From: Saprospiraceae bacterium
Lineage (GTDB): Bacteria; Bacteroidota; Bacteroidia; Chitinophagales; Saprospiraceae
Length of the DNA: 64,000 nt
Assembly (NCBI GenBank): GCA_965230755.1
Contig: CBDDLT010000005.1
Coordinates: 221,467 to 285,466 of the forward strand
Reading direction: 5' to 3'
The translations under genes and the position numbers were made by a program. Within the stretch, counting starts at the first letter, position 1. Each line of letters opens with the position of its first letter. The notes under the pieces are model-generated. The model was not told the origin of the DNA and did not search any database. It was given only the letters and a program-made list of their open reading frames with translations. This document shows positions 1 to 7,278 of the stretch, in pieces.

Positions 1-1065
1 GTGTCTCCTGCTGAGTATGAGACAATTACTGAAGAAGTAATGACCAAGCCTGAGTCAAAAAGATTGGTTGCTGTTCCTGCAGAATACGAAACGATTACAG
101 AGGAAATTATGGTGAAACCTGAAACAAAGCGATTGGTTTATGTTCCAGCTGAGTTCGAAACGATTACTGAAGAAGTAATGGTTAAGCAAGAATCTAAGCG
201 AGTAATTCCAGTTGCCGCTCAATTCGAAACTGTAACTGAAAACTTTGTTGAAAAGCAAGCTGCTACAAGAATTGAAGTTTTATCACCTCAGTACGAAACA
301 ATTTCTGAAACTATCGAAATCGCTCCTGCTACTACTAAGTGGGTAAAAAGAAAGGCAGACAGAAACTGCTTATCTGCAAATCCAGATGATTGTTTGGTAT
401 GGTGTCTTGTTGAGCAACCAGCTCAGTACAGAACTGTAACTAAGAAAGTGAACATTGGATGTGATGGTTCAGGTGTTGCTAATTCAGGTTGTATTGTTGA
501 AAATGCAATTGCAGAGCAAGTTGGAACAAGAACTTACAAAAAATTAGTTTCTGCTGCTTCTTACACTGAAGAAGTAATTCCTGCTGAGTACAAAACTATT
601 ACTAAGAAAGTAGTTAAGACTCCTGCTTCAATGAGAGAGGAAATCATCCCTGCTGAGTACAAGACTGTTACGAAGAACGTAATCAAATCTCCTGCAAGCT
701 ATACGGAGGAAACAATTCCTGCTGAATATGGCACAATCACAAAGAGAGTATTGAAATCTGCAGCTGCTTACCAAGAGATCGAAGTTCCTGCTGAGTACAA
801 GACTATCACTAAGAGAAGATTGGTCAAAGCTGGAGGATTTACTGAGTGGAGAGAGGTACTTTGTGACACTGAAATCACTAATTATACAGTAAGACAAATT
901 CAAAAAGCATTAATCGACAGAGGATATGATGTTGGACCTGCTGGTACTGACAATATTCTTGGACCTGATACTAGAGCTGCTTTAACTAAGTTCCAAAAAG
1001 ACAATGGTTTACCGGTAGGAAACCTTGATTTTGAAACACTTAAAGCTTTAGGTGTACAGTATTAA
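1..1065 (+). CDS. Tandem-repeat protein with C-terminal peptidoglycan-binding (PG_binding_1-like) domain; 5'-partial
   Basis: ORF runs from the window edge to the TAA at 1063-1065. There are about 8 tandem ~23-aa repeats (PAEYETITEEVMxKPESKRLV, then PAEYKTITKKVVKxPAS). The C-terminus (TVRQIQKALIDRGYDVGPAGTDNILGPDTRAALTKFQKDNGLPVGNLDFETLKALG) matches the PG-binding repeat pattern. Confidence 0.6.
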   Translation: MSPAEYETITEEVMTKPESKRLVAVPAEYETITEEIMVKPETKRLVYVPAEFETITEEVMVKQESKRVIPVAAQFETVTENFVEKQAATRIEVLSPQYETISETIEIAPATTKWVKRKADRNCLSANPDDCLVWCLVEQPAQYRTVTKKVNIGCDGSGVANSGCIVENAIAEQVGTRTYKKLVSAASYTEEVIPAEYKTITKKVVKTPASMREEIIPAEYKTVTKNVIKSPASYTEETIPAEYGTITKRVLKSAAAYQEIEVPAEYKTITKRRLVKAGGFTEWREVLCDTEITNYTVRQIQKALIDRGYDVGPAGTDNILGPDTRAALTKFQKDNGLPVGNLDFETLKALGVQY

Positions 1066-1092
1066 TCTGAAAAAGAATTAATAGAATTAAAA

Positions 1093-1130
1093 AGGGCTTT
1101 CTCTTGAAGAGAAGGCCCTTTTTAATTTTT
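1093..1130 (+). terminator. Rho-independent terminator after the repeat-protein gene
   Basis: GGGCTTTCTCTT/AAGAGAAGGCCC inverted repeat (~10-bp stem with one G-U pair) followed by a T-run. Confidence 0.55.
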
Positions 1131-1186
1131 ATATATTTTGGTTAAATAATATTGATAGATTTGTCTACGTTTATATTTAAATTAGT

Positions 1187-1507
1187 GTGATCGCTAAATT
1201 TTTGATCATGAATCAATATATGATAGACTTTAATATACCCACCAATGTCGGACTAGAGTTTACAGAACTTATTCCGGAACAGAGGAAGTATATTAATAAG
1301 CTTTTCTTGAGTGGCAAACTAATTAATTATTCTCTAAGCCTAGAAAATTGTAGAATGTGGGCAGTTTTCAATGCCAACAATAAAAAGGAGGTTTATGAAA
1401 TGATTGAAGAGTTACCTCTGACTGAATATATGCTGGATTATGAAATTTCAGAATTGAGCTTTTATCATTCTTATCTTCCCAATGCTATTCAGTTTTCATT
1501 AAATTAG
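1187..1507 (+). CDS. Small protein, muconolactone delta-isomerase-like (MIase family) by motif; start probably at the internal Met near 1220
   Basis: The pattern ENCRMWAVFNANNKKEVYEMIEELPLTEYMLDYEISEL resembles the MIase core (G-W-..LWR..G.....VF.....EAL...L..LPL..YM..EV). It is ~96 aa from the internal Met. Judged from memory, not searched. Confidence 0.35.
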   Translation: MIAKFLIMNQYMIDFNIPTNVGLEFTELIPEQRKYINKLFLSGKLINYSLSLENCRMWAVFNANNKKEVYEMIEELPLTEYMLDYEISELSFYHSYLPNAIQFSLN

Positions 1508-1651
1508 AAATTGCCCACACCTAGTTTTTCTCCACCTTAATATGGAATTGTTTGTTTGGTGAAAAACCAATTCATTTTTCTTTCACCTCTGCAATTATTT
1601 CTACTAAAATAAAGGGTATCGACGACCTAATTATGTACGCATAAAAAAACA

Positions 1652-1690
1652 AAAGGGCTATAAGTCAATGACTTATAGCCCTTTTTTAGA
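1652..1690. terminator. Bidirectional hairpin terminator; likely the original terminator of tRNA-Asp, now separated from the tRNA by the inserted element
   Basis: AAAGGGCTATAAGTCA/TGACTTATAGCCCTTT is a perfect palindromic stem (~14 bp) with T-runs on both strands. It directly abuts the att repeat at 1691. Confidence 0.6.
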
Positions 1691-1705
1691 GCGGTCCGGA
1701 CGGGA
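1691..1705. repeat. attR-type direct repeat: 15-bp copy of the 3' end of tRNA-Asp (GCGGTCCGGACGGGA), imperfectly extended to 1710
   Basis: Identical 15-mer at 7204-7218, inside the tRNA-Asp 3' end. The next 5 nt match at 3 of 5 positions, giving 18/20 overall. Confidence 0.75.
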
Positions 1706-1844
1706 ATCAATCAATGCAATCACCTTACTTTCTACATAGACAACAATTTCTCATAAATTATCTATAAATGCCTATATAACATCTATTTAACCCAATCAAG
1801 GTGCATTGCAAAAGTGTGCATAGGGTTTCAAATAATGGTTGTTT

Positions 1845-1865
1845 CGTTGGGAAATGGTTGGGAAA
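1845..1865. repeat. 21-bp direct repeat CGTTGGGAAATGGTTGGGAAA (copy 1); candidate integrase arm-type or recombination-enhancer site
   Basis: An identical 21-mer occurs at 7128-7148. Both copies are in the same orientation, each lying 50-140 bp inside one end of the element. The motif is internally tandem (TTGGGAAA tgg TTGGGAAA). Confidence 0.6.
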
Positions 1866-1899
1866 TTGATTATATTTGGAATGTTCAAAAGTATTCTAA

Positions 1900-3267
1900 A
1901 TGGCAACTACTTCTATCCGAGCAAAAGGAAAAGAAAAGAAAACATTCTATCTACGACTGTCAATAGAACGAGGCAGGGTGTATGAAAGAAGCACTCAAAT
2001 AACGATTCCTTCCGAATTTTACAGCACTAAGACTGGATTACCTAAAACTGGGGATGTCAATAGGCAAGTGATTATTGATAAACTCAATAGACTAGAAACT
2101 TTCATAGTCGAATTATACAATAAGGCCGATGACAAGGGTCTGATTGACTCGAAATGGCTAGGGAACAAAATAGCAGAATTTAACGGTAACAAGATAAAAG
2201 GCGAGGATACTTTAAAAGACAAGGTAACTGACTGGATAGATCATATAATTGAGAATGCCGAATACAGAGAGAATGACAAAGGTGGTTATGGGCTAAGTGA
2301 GGACAGGGTAAGGCAGTATCGGAATATCAAAACTCTTGTAAGTGACTTTGAAAAATCAATTGAAGAGATATTGCTAGTATCAAAAGTTGACTCATTGGTC
2401 ATCAAGGCCTTTGAAAAATTTATGAAGGAAAGAAAATATCAGGATCAAACCATTAAGAAAAAGGTAACTGATCTTAAGTCCATATGCAGAGAGGCCAGAA
2501 AAAATGGAGTCGAACTATCAATAGGGTTTGATCAAATCAAAGTGGGATCAGCAAAGACTTATGACGACGATATGGACGTAATTTATCTTAGTATTCCAGA
2601 AATTAATAAAATAAGATCTATTGACTTAGACGACGAACCTCTTATTAATGCCAGAAAATGGTTGTTAGCATTATGTTTTACAGGACAAAGAGGGATTGAC
2701 TTAGTTGGGGGTCGCAAAAATGACAAATTTTACTCATGTCAATTAATTAAAGATAATTTTAAGGTCAGACCTAATGGTAAATTGGCATTATCTATCCGAC
2801 AATCAAAAGGAAACAAACAAGTATTAATACCGATTCTTGGACCAGTCAAAGAAATGTATGAGAAAGGTTTGCCTTATCCTATGACATTACAGAAACTAAG
2901 AGGACACTTCAAGGACTTGGGCAAACTGTCCGGAATAGACACTCCCACAATGGGAGTGAAACAAGAGGTTATCCTAATAGGAAAAGAAAGAACCAGAAGG
3001 GGTATTAAAAAAATTAGACCTAAATATGAATACATGGCCACCCACATTGGTCGTAGATCATTTTGCACCAACTTTTATGGTATTCTATCTACAAAAGATA
3101 TAAAACGAATAACCGGACATTCTAAGGATGTTACCCTTCTAAAATACATAAATGAGAGTACCGATGATCACATCGATAATGCAGAAGAAGCCTACAACAA
3201 AATAATTGGAATGGGTAAGCAATTGGAATCAACCGAATTTTCTAATCATTTAAAAATAGCAAAATAG
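1900..3267 (+). CDS. int: Site-specific tyrosine recombinase/integrase (Bacteroidota phage-integrase family)
   Basis: 455 aa. The C-terminal catalytic region HIGRRSFCTNFY...ITGHSKDVTLLKYI fits the H-x-x-R ... H-x-x-x-x-Y box II with a terminal catalytic Tyr. A Lys-rich N-terminal arm region is present. It sits next to a tRNA-derived att repeat. Confidence 0.85.
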   Translation: MATTSIRAKGKEKKTFYLRLSIERGRVYERSTQITIPSEFYSTKTGLPKTGDVNRQVIIDKLNRLETFIVELYNKADDKGLIDSKWLGNKIAEFNGNKIKGEDTLKDKVTDWIDHIIENAEYRENDKGGYGLSEDRVRQYRNIKTLVSDFEKSIEEILLVSKVDSLVIKAFEKFMKERKYQDQTIKKKVTDLKSICREARKNGVELSIGFDQIKVGSAKTYDDDMDVIYLSIPEINKIRSIDLDDEPLINARKWLLALCFTGQRGIDLVGGRKNDKFYSCQLIKDNFKVRPNGKLALSIRQSKGNKQVLIPILGPVKEMYEKGLPYPMTLQKLRGHFKDLGKLSGIDTPTMGVKQEVILIGKERTRRGIKKIRPKYEYMATHIGRRSFCTNFYGILSTKDIKRITGHSKDVTLLKYINESTDDHIDNAEEAYNKIIGMGKQLESTEFSNHLKIAK

Positions 3268-3273
3268 AAAATT

Positions 3274-3630
3274 ATGCAAGAGATTTACTTTACAAGCCAA
3301 GGCACTTTCGCCCCAATTAGTCAGAAACTATTCATTGACAACGAAACCAAGGCAAATGAACCCTTTTTAATTACTTTGGAACAGGCTGCCCTAATGTTAA
3401 ACTTTGAATCAATTGAAGCCTTTGAAAAGGAACTTTACGAACGATTCATTCTCATGGGAAATAAAGACAATCGAAACAAACCTTTTCGTATCCATTTAGA
3501 TAATGGATTGTTCGCCCTCCAGGTATCCGAGTTTGTCTACCAAGGCAAGTTCAGGCTAAATTACAAGACGTTCATGACGAGTAAGGGCCTAGAATGGATC
3601 AGTGGAGAACTTGAAGTACAATCAAAATAA
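3274..3630 (+). CDS. Hypothetical protein (118 aa), island cargo
   Basis: ORF begins 7 nt after int and is co-directional. No recognisable motif. Confidence 0.45.
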   Translation: MQEIYFTSQGTFAPISQKLFIDNETKANEPFLITLEQAALMLNFESIEAFEKELYERFILMGNKDNRNKPFRIHLDNGLFALQVSEFVYQGKFRLNYKTFMTSKGLEWISGELEVQSK

Positions 3631-3665
3631 AAAGGCAAGACAAGGAATTTACGTCGCCAGCCTAG

Positions 3666-4574
3666 ATGAATGACCTCGATTTCTTTAAGATGGAAGAATT
3701 TAGTTTTAATAAGGCCTTAGAAGAATTTTTGACCAATGGGCAGAATCCAATAAATGAAGGTAATTACGCCAAGGCCTATATTAAAATGAGGTTAAAATTC
3801 TTGGAGTTTGGAAAGTATCAAAGATTTATATGGGATAGCAAAGATGATAACATTACTAAAATGTTATCGAGTATTGTTCAACGCATAAATGACATCAAAG
3901 AAGAAGTCCAAGAAAAGTGGGTTAAAGAACAATTAATCCGCATAGAACAACTTAACGCAATTCATGAACTACTTGCCTTTGAACAAGAATATAGTGATGT
4001 GTTTTTTTCAATTGGCACGAAGTACTCTAACAATAAGACCTATCATTTCTTTCCCGATGTAAGCCACTACACGAGATGGGAACCAGGGTATGAATCTATT
4101 AAAATTGTTCGAATCGGGAATAAAATAATTAGCAGAGACGGAAGAATATCAAGGGCCATCAAATCAAGAAACAAGCAATTGGAAAACGTTGCTCCTATTA
4201 ATTATAAAAAAACCATTGATCAACCTGAAGATCAGTATACACTAGAACATATAATCAGTCATAAAAATGTTACTGGTGTAATAGAAGAAATAAAGAAACT
4301 ATGCCAAGGTAAAAAGGGCAAGGATATAGCAATACTCTTTATTGCCTTGGACGAATTAGGTGTCATCCCCAAAAATATAACGTCAAAGAAGTTTCACGAT
4401 TCTTGTAAAAATTCATTTGATTGGGATATTGGTGTTCTTAGATCAATGACCAAATTCAAGAAAAGTTATAGATATAGTGAAGTTTATGATGAAACCGAGA
4501 TAACACCTGATGGGAAGGAGAAAGACAGAATAGTATCTGCCATATCTGCCATGTCTGCCACTAAAGAAAACTAG
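3666..4574 (+). CDS. Hypothetical protein (302 aa), island cargo
   Basis: Long ORF with ordinary coding composition and no recognisable motif. Confidence 0.5.
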   Translation: MNDLDFFKMEEFSFNKALEEFLTNGQNPINEGNYAKAYIKMRLKFLEFGKYQRFIWDSKDDNITKMLSSIVQRINDIKEEVQEKWVKEQLIRIEQLNAIHELLAFEQEYSDVFFSIGTKYSNNKTYHFFPDVSHYTRWEPGYESIKIVRIGNKIISRDGRISRAIKSRNKQLENVAPINYKKTIDQPEDQYTLEHIISHKNVTGVIEEIKKLCQGKKGKDIAILFIALDELGVIPKNITSKKFHDSCKNSFDWDIGVLRSMTKFKKSYRYSEVYDETEITPDGKEKDRIVSAISAMSATKEN

Positions 4575-4674
4575 TTCAAAGTTCCAATTTATTCCTCGGA
4601 ACTTCTTGGAACCTTTGTTTTGTGGAATTGAGTAGCATCCTCTCTAATTTTACTTTCAAATAAAAATTAAAGAA

Positions 4675-4956
4675 ATGGAAAGTTTACAATTTATTGGTAC
4701 ATCACCAGATGTGATTGTCCGGAAAATTCTAACTGGCGTAGATGAACGTCTAAATGACTTAAAGGATCAATTTCAGCCGAAAGAACCAGAGGAATACTTG
4801 ACTAGGAAGCAAGTATCTGAATTACTGCAAGTAGACCTATCAACTTTGCACAGATGGACTAAATGTGGCAAGTTAATTGCCTATGGCATAGGCAACAGGG
4901 TCTACTACAAGAGGACCGAAGTTGAACAGGCATTATTAACTCAAAATTCGCACTAA
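4675..4956 (+). CDS. Helix-turn-helix DNA-binding protein, excisionase/AlpA-like
   Basis: 93 aa. The motif LTRKQVSELLQVDLSTLHRWTKCGKLIAYGIGNRVYYKRTEVEQAL is typical of the MerR-superfamily HTH_17/AlpA excisionase-type domain found on Bacteroidota mobile elements. Confidence 0.6.
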   Translation: MESLQFIGTSPDVIVRKILTGVDERLNDLKDQFQPKEPEEYLTRKQVSELLQVDLSTLHRWTKCGKLIAYGIGNRVYYKRTEVEQALLTQNSH

Positions 4957-4958
4957 TT

Positions 4959-5306
4959 ATGACAAAAAAAATCCAATATACTTATACGTTGTCAAAAGAG
5001 ACAAAGACAACAAGACACTATTTAATTGACCATTCCGATAACGAGAATCAGGTATTCAGTGATAGGATTAGGATATCCCATAACAGGAAATTCAATAATT
5101 CACCACATGATTATTTTGTTCACGAACGAAACAATCCTAATAGATGGAATAAAACAACCACTACTGGATTAATGAGAACAAATAAACCTAATCAATATGA
5201 GGGTGATATAATAGATTCTCAAAAAAGGAAGCAACATAAGGTGCTGTTCGAATTTATTGGAGATACACTTTTAGTTGACGTTCACTTAAATTATTTCAGA
5301 CTATAA
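4959..5306 (+). CDS. Hypothetical protein (115 aa)
   Basis: Begins 3 nt after the HTH gene and is followed by a strong terminator. No recognisable motif. Confidence 0.4.
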   Translation: MTKKIQYTYTLSKETKTTRHYLIDHSDNENQVFSDRIRISHNRKFNNSPHDYFVHERNNPNRWNKTTTTGLMRTNKPNQYEGDIIDSQKRKQHKVLFEFIGDTLLVDVHLNYFRL

Positions 5307-5310
5307 AATA

Positions 5311-5345
5311 AAAAAGGGTGTACTGATTGGTACGCCCCTTTTTGT
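5311..5345 (+). terminator. Rho-independent terminator
   Basis: GGGUGUAC..GUACGCCC gives an 8-bp stem (one G-U pair), followed by TTTTTG. Confidence 0.5.
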
Positions 5346-5406
5346 TCAATTGTATTCTAAACCTAATTAGAATTACTCAAATATACGCCTTTTAATTAAG
5401 TATCAA

Positions 5407-6714
5407 TTGATAGATTATAAAGTAAACAAAACAGTAGACCAAGAGACCATAAATAAGGTATTAGATTTTTTTAATGATCAATGTATAACTCCTGAATATT
5501 ACGAAGTTCCCTCAACCGCCGATAAGCACCATAAAACTTCGCATGTATATACCTATTTGGACCAAGAGACTGTACTAACAAGATACAGTCATAAAGACTC
5601 GGGAGAATTGTTGCATGAATGCCTCTACTTTAATATAAAACCCCACTATCTCTTTAATAGCAATGCGCATAACGCCAACTATTTTAGTCCAAAAGATTGC
5701 ATAAAAACACTTAAAGACTTTTTTGGCCCATTTGATATTGACTATGAATTACTAGAACCCATTAAAATTGAATACGGCCTAAACTTCTACCAGCCTTATG
5801 AACCGGAGAAGGTCATATCTTTATCACCCTACCAAGGCAAAAACCGTCCTAGGTTTGATCTAGGAGATAACAAAACCGGATATCAGTATCACAAAAAGAC
5901 ACCTGGCAGAATCAAGCATTACAATACTTTTAAGTATTACTGTAAGGGGTTGCACAATGACTACCACCTTTACGAGTATTGTCATCGAAATACTTTGAGA
6001 GCAGAAATAAAATGCTATCAGAAGGAAAGAATCAAGAAGGACGGCATCAATTCACTTGCAGACCTTTTGAATGTAGAGAGTTATATTCCCTTAGTAATGA
6101 ATTTAAGGAATGAGTTTCGCCGATTACTCATTCTAGATAGGATAACCCCAATAGAAGAATTCAATCTCTCTAAAACAGCAAAAAATAGATTCGAAAAGTA
6201 TTTGCATTCAGAAACCTGGGATGACTTTTGTAATGATAGTTACCGGAATAAGTATGCCAATAATTATAAATCATATTTACGACTCTTGGATCGGTTCGAT
6301 GGGAATGTAAAAAACAATCTTACAGGCCACTTTGAAAACCAACTCCAAAAACTAGAAAAGTGTGCAAAATGGACATACGTTAATAGTCCAATATGCACAC
6401 CTACGGAATCAACCAACCAAGGCATTCAAGACTCGGATAATGGTATCTGTTCGGAGAGCATCAAACTGCTCCATTGGGATCACCCTATTCGCAAAAAAAC
6501 AAGAAATGATAAAGATAATCCTAGAAACAATCTAGCCAGTGGAATTAAGGCAAGACAAGAAAGATGTCAAGCAAGTGGTCAGCAATCACTATTTCCATTG
6601 GGTGAGCAAATCAGTAAAACCAAACTAAAACTACTAATGCCTTGGATTGGAACGAAGTATGATCTATTTCCTAGCCTTGGTATTGATAATCCCGATGAGT
6701 TTTTAAGTGAATGA
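5407..6714 (+). CDS. Hypothetical Cys/His-rich protein (435 aa); candidate replication initiator, by position immediately upstream of the iterons
   Basis: Long ORF with Cys/His clusters (CKGLHNDYHLYEYCHRNTLRAEIKCY; CAKWTYVNSPICTPTES...GICSESIKLLHWDH). It ends exactly where the iteron array begins. The function is inferred from position, not sequence. Confidence 0.5.
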   Translation: MIDYKVNKTVDQETINKVLDFFNDQCITPEYYEVPSTADKHHKTSHVYTYLDQETVLTRYSHKDSGELLHECLYFNIKPHYLFNSNAHNANYFSPKDCIKTLKDFFGPFDIDYELLEPIKIEYGLNFYQPYEPEKVISLSPYQGKNRPRFDLGDNKTGYQYHKKTPGRIKHYNTFKYYCKGLHNDYHLYEYCHRNTLRAEIKCYQKERIKKDGINSLADLLNVESYIPLVMNLRNEFRRLLILDRITPIEEFNLSKTAKNRFEKYLHSETWDDFCNDSYRNKYANNYKSYLRLLDRFDGNVKNNLTGHFENQLQKLEKCAKWTYVNSPICTPTESTNQGIQDSDNGICSESIKLLHWDHPIRKKTRNDKDNPRNNLASGIKARQERCQASGQQSLFPLGEQISKTKLKLLMPWIGTKYDLFPSLGIDNPDEFLSE

Positions 6715-6732
6715 AGAATACTTGCACCTCTC

Positions 6733-7079
6733 ATGCGTGCGAAGGTTTTTTACTAGTCCTAAACACGCACGAAGGTTTTTCTTAGGTCTATACGCACGTG
6801 CAAGGTTTTTTAGAAATCATAACGCATGCGGAGGAGATCAAGAGTATTTCGGCACAATAAAAAGTATGGGGCAGTCACTATACACACGCACGAAGATTAT
6901 TCTACGGTCACAATTACAACTCCTAAGAATTCTCTTACTCGTAAAAAGGAATGGGGGGGTCATATACGCACATGAAGATTTTTCTTACATATAAAAGGAG
7001 TGGGCAGCACTATTCCTACGTTGAGTTTATTGAAATCACTCATGCGCATGTAGGAGCAAAGATTTTTTCACGGTCACAT
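6733..7079. repeat. Iteron array of about 7 direct repeats (ACGCAYGnnAAGGTTTTTT and degenerate variants, with a TCTACGGTCACA/TTCACGGTCACA sub-repeat); candidate origin or integrase arm-site cluster
   Basis: Repeat copies start near 6733, 6764, 6792, 6822, 6886, 6966 and 7043. The first four are ~30 bp apart. The track ORFs 6707-6994 and 6951-7154 are simply translations of these repeats (RRFF...ARRFF). Confidence 0.7.
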
Positions 7080-7127
7080 TCATACACTGAGGAGTATTAT
7101 TGTATGAAATATCCCAATATGGCACAT

Positions 7128-7148
7128 CGTTGGGAAATGGTTGGGAAA
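7128..7148. repeat. 21-bp direct repeat CGTTGGGAAATGGTTGGGAAA (copy 2)
   Basis: Exact match to 1845-1865. Confidence 0.6.
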
Positions 7149-7204
7149 ATATAAAATAAAAAATCGCAAGCAATTGACATCCAACTACTTGCGATAATTA
7201 ATTG

Positions 7205-7278
7205 CGGTCCGGACGGGACTCGAACCCGCGACCCCCTGCGTGACAGGCAGGTATTCTAACCAACTGAACTACCGAACC
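7205..7278 (-). tRNA. tRNA-Asp (anticodon GTC)
   Basis: The reverse complement reads GGTTCGGTAGTTCAGTTGGTTAGAATACCTGCCTGTCACGCAGGGGGTCGCGGGTTCGAGTCCCGTCCGGACCG. It has a 7-bp acceptor stem, a GTC anticodon in the CCTGCCTGTCACGCAGG loop/stem and a GGTTCGAGTCC T-arm. CCA is not encoded. Confidence 0.9.

Larger units (their letters stand above)
1691..7219. mobile_element. ~5.5-kb integrative element inserted at the 3' end of tRNA-Asp. Contents: integrase, AlpA/Xis-like HTH, 4 orphan ORFs and an iteron array
   Basis: A tyrosine integrase gene lies next to the distal repeat, and the intact tRNA-Asp sits at the other end. Direct repeats of the tRNA 3' end bound the element. The native tRNA terminator lies just outside the distal repeat. 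All internal genes are co-directional, and an iteron array precedes the tRNA-proximal end. Confidence 0.7.

Noticed and set aside
1187-1507. Treating ORF 1187-1507 as part of the mobile element
   Set aside because: It lies outside the att repeat and outside the stranded tRNA terminator (1652-1705), so it is flanking chromosome.
6733-7079. Possible CRISPR array
   Set aside because: The repeats are degenerate and unequal, with AT-rich spacers of only ~10-45 bp. There is no cas gene, and the array is embedded in an integrative element next to a rep-like gene. This fits iterons, not CRISPR.
6707-7154. Track ORFs 6707-6994 (95 aa) and 6951-7154 (67 aa)
   Set aside because: Their 'protein' is a periodic translation of the iteron DNA (RRFF..ARRFF..ARFF). 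There is no independent coding signal, so the region is called as a repeat array.
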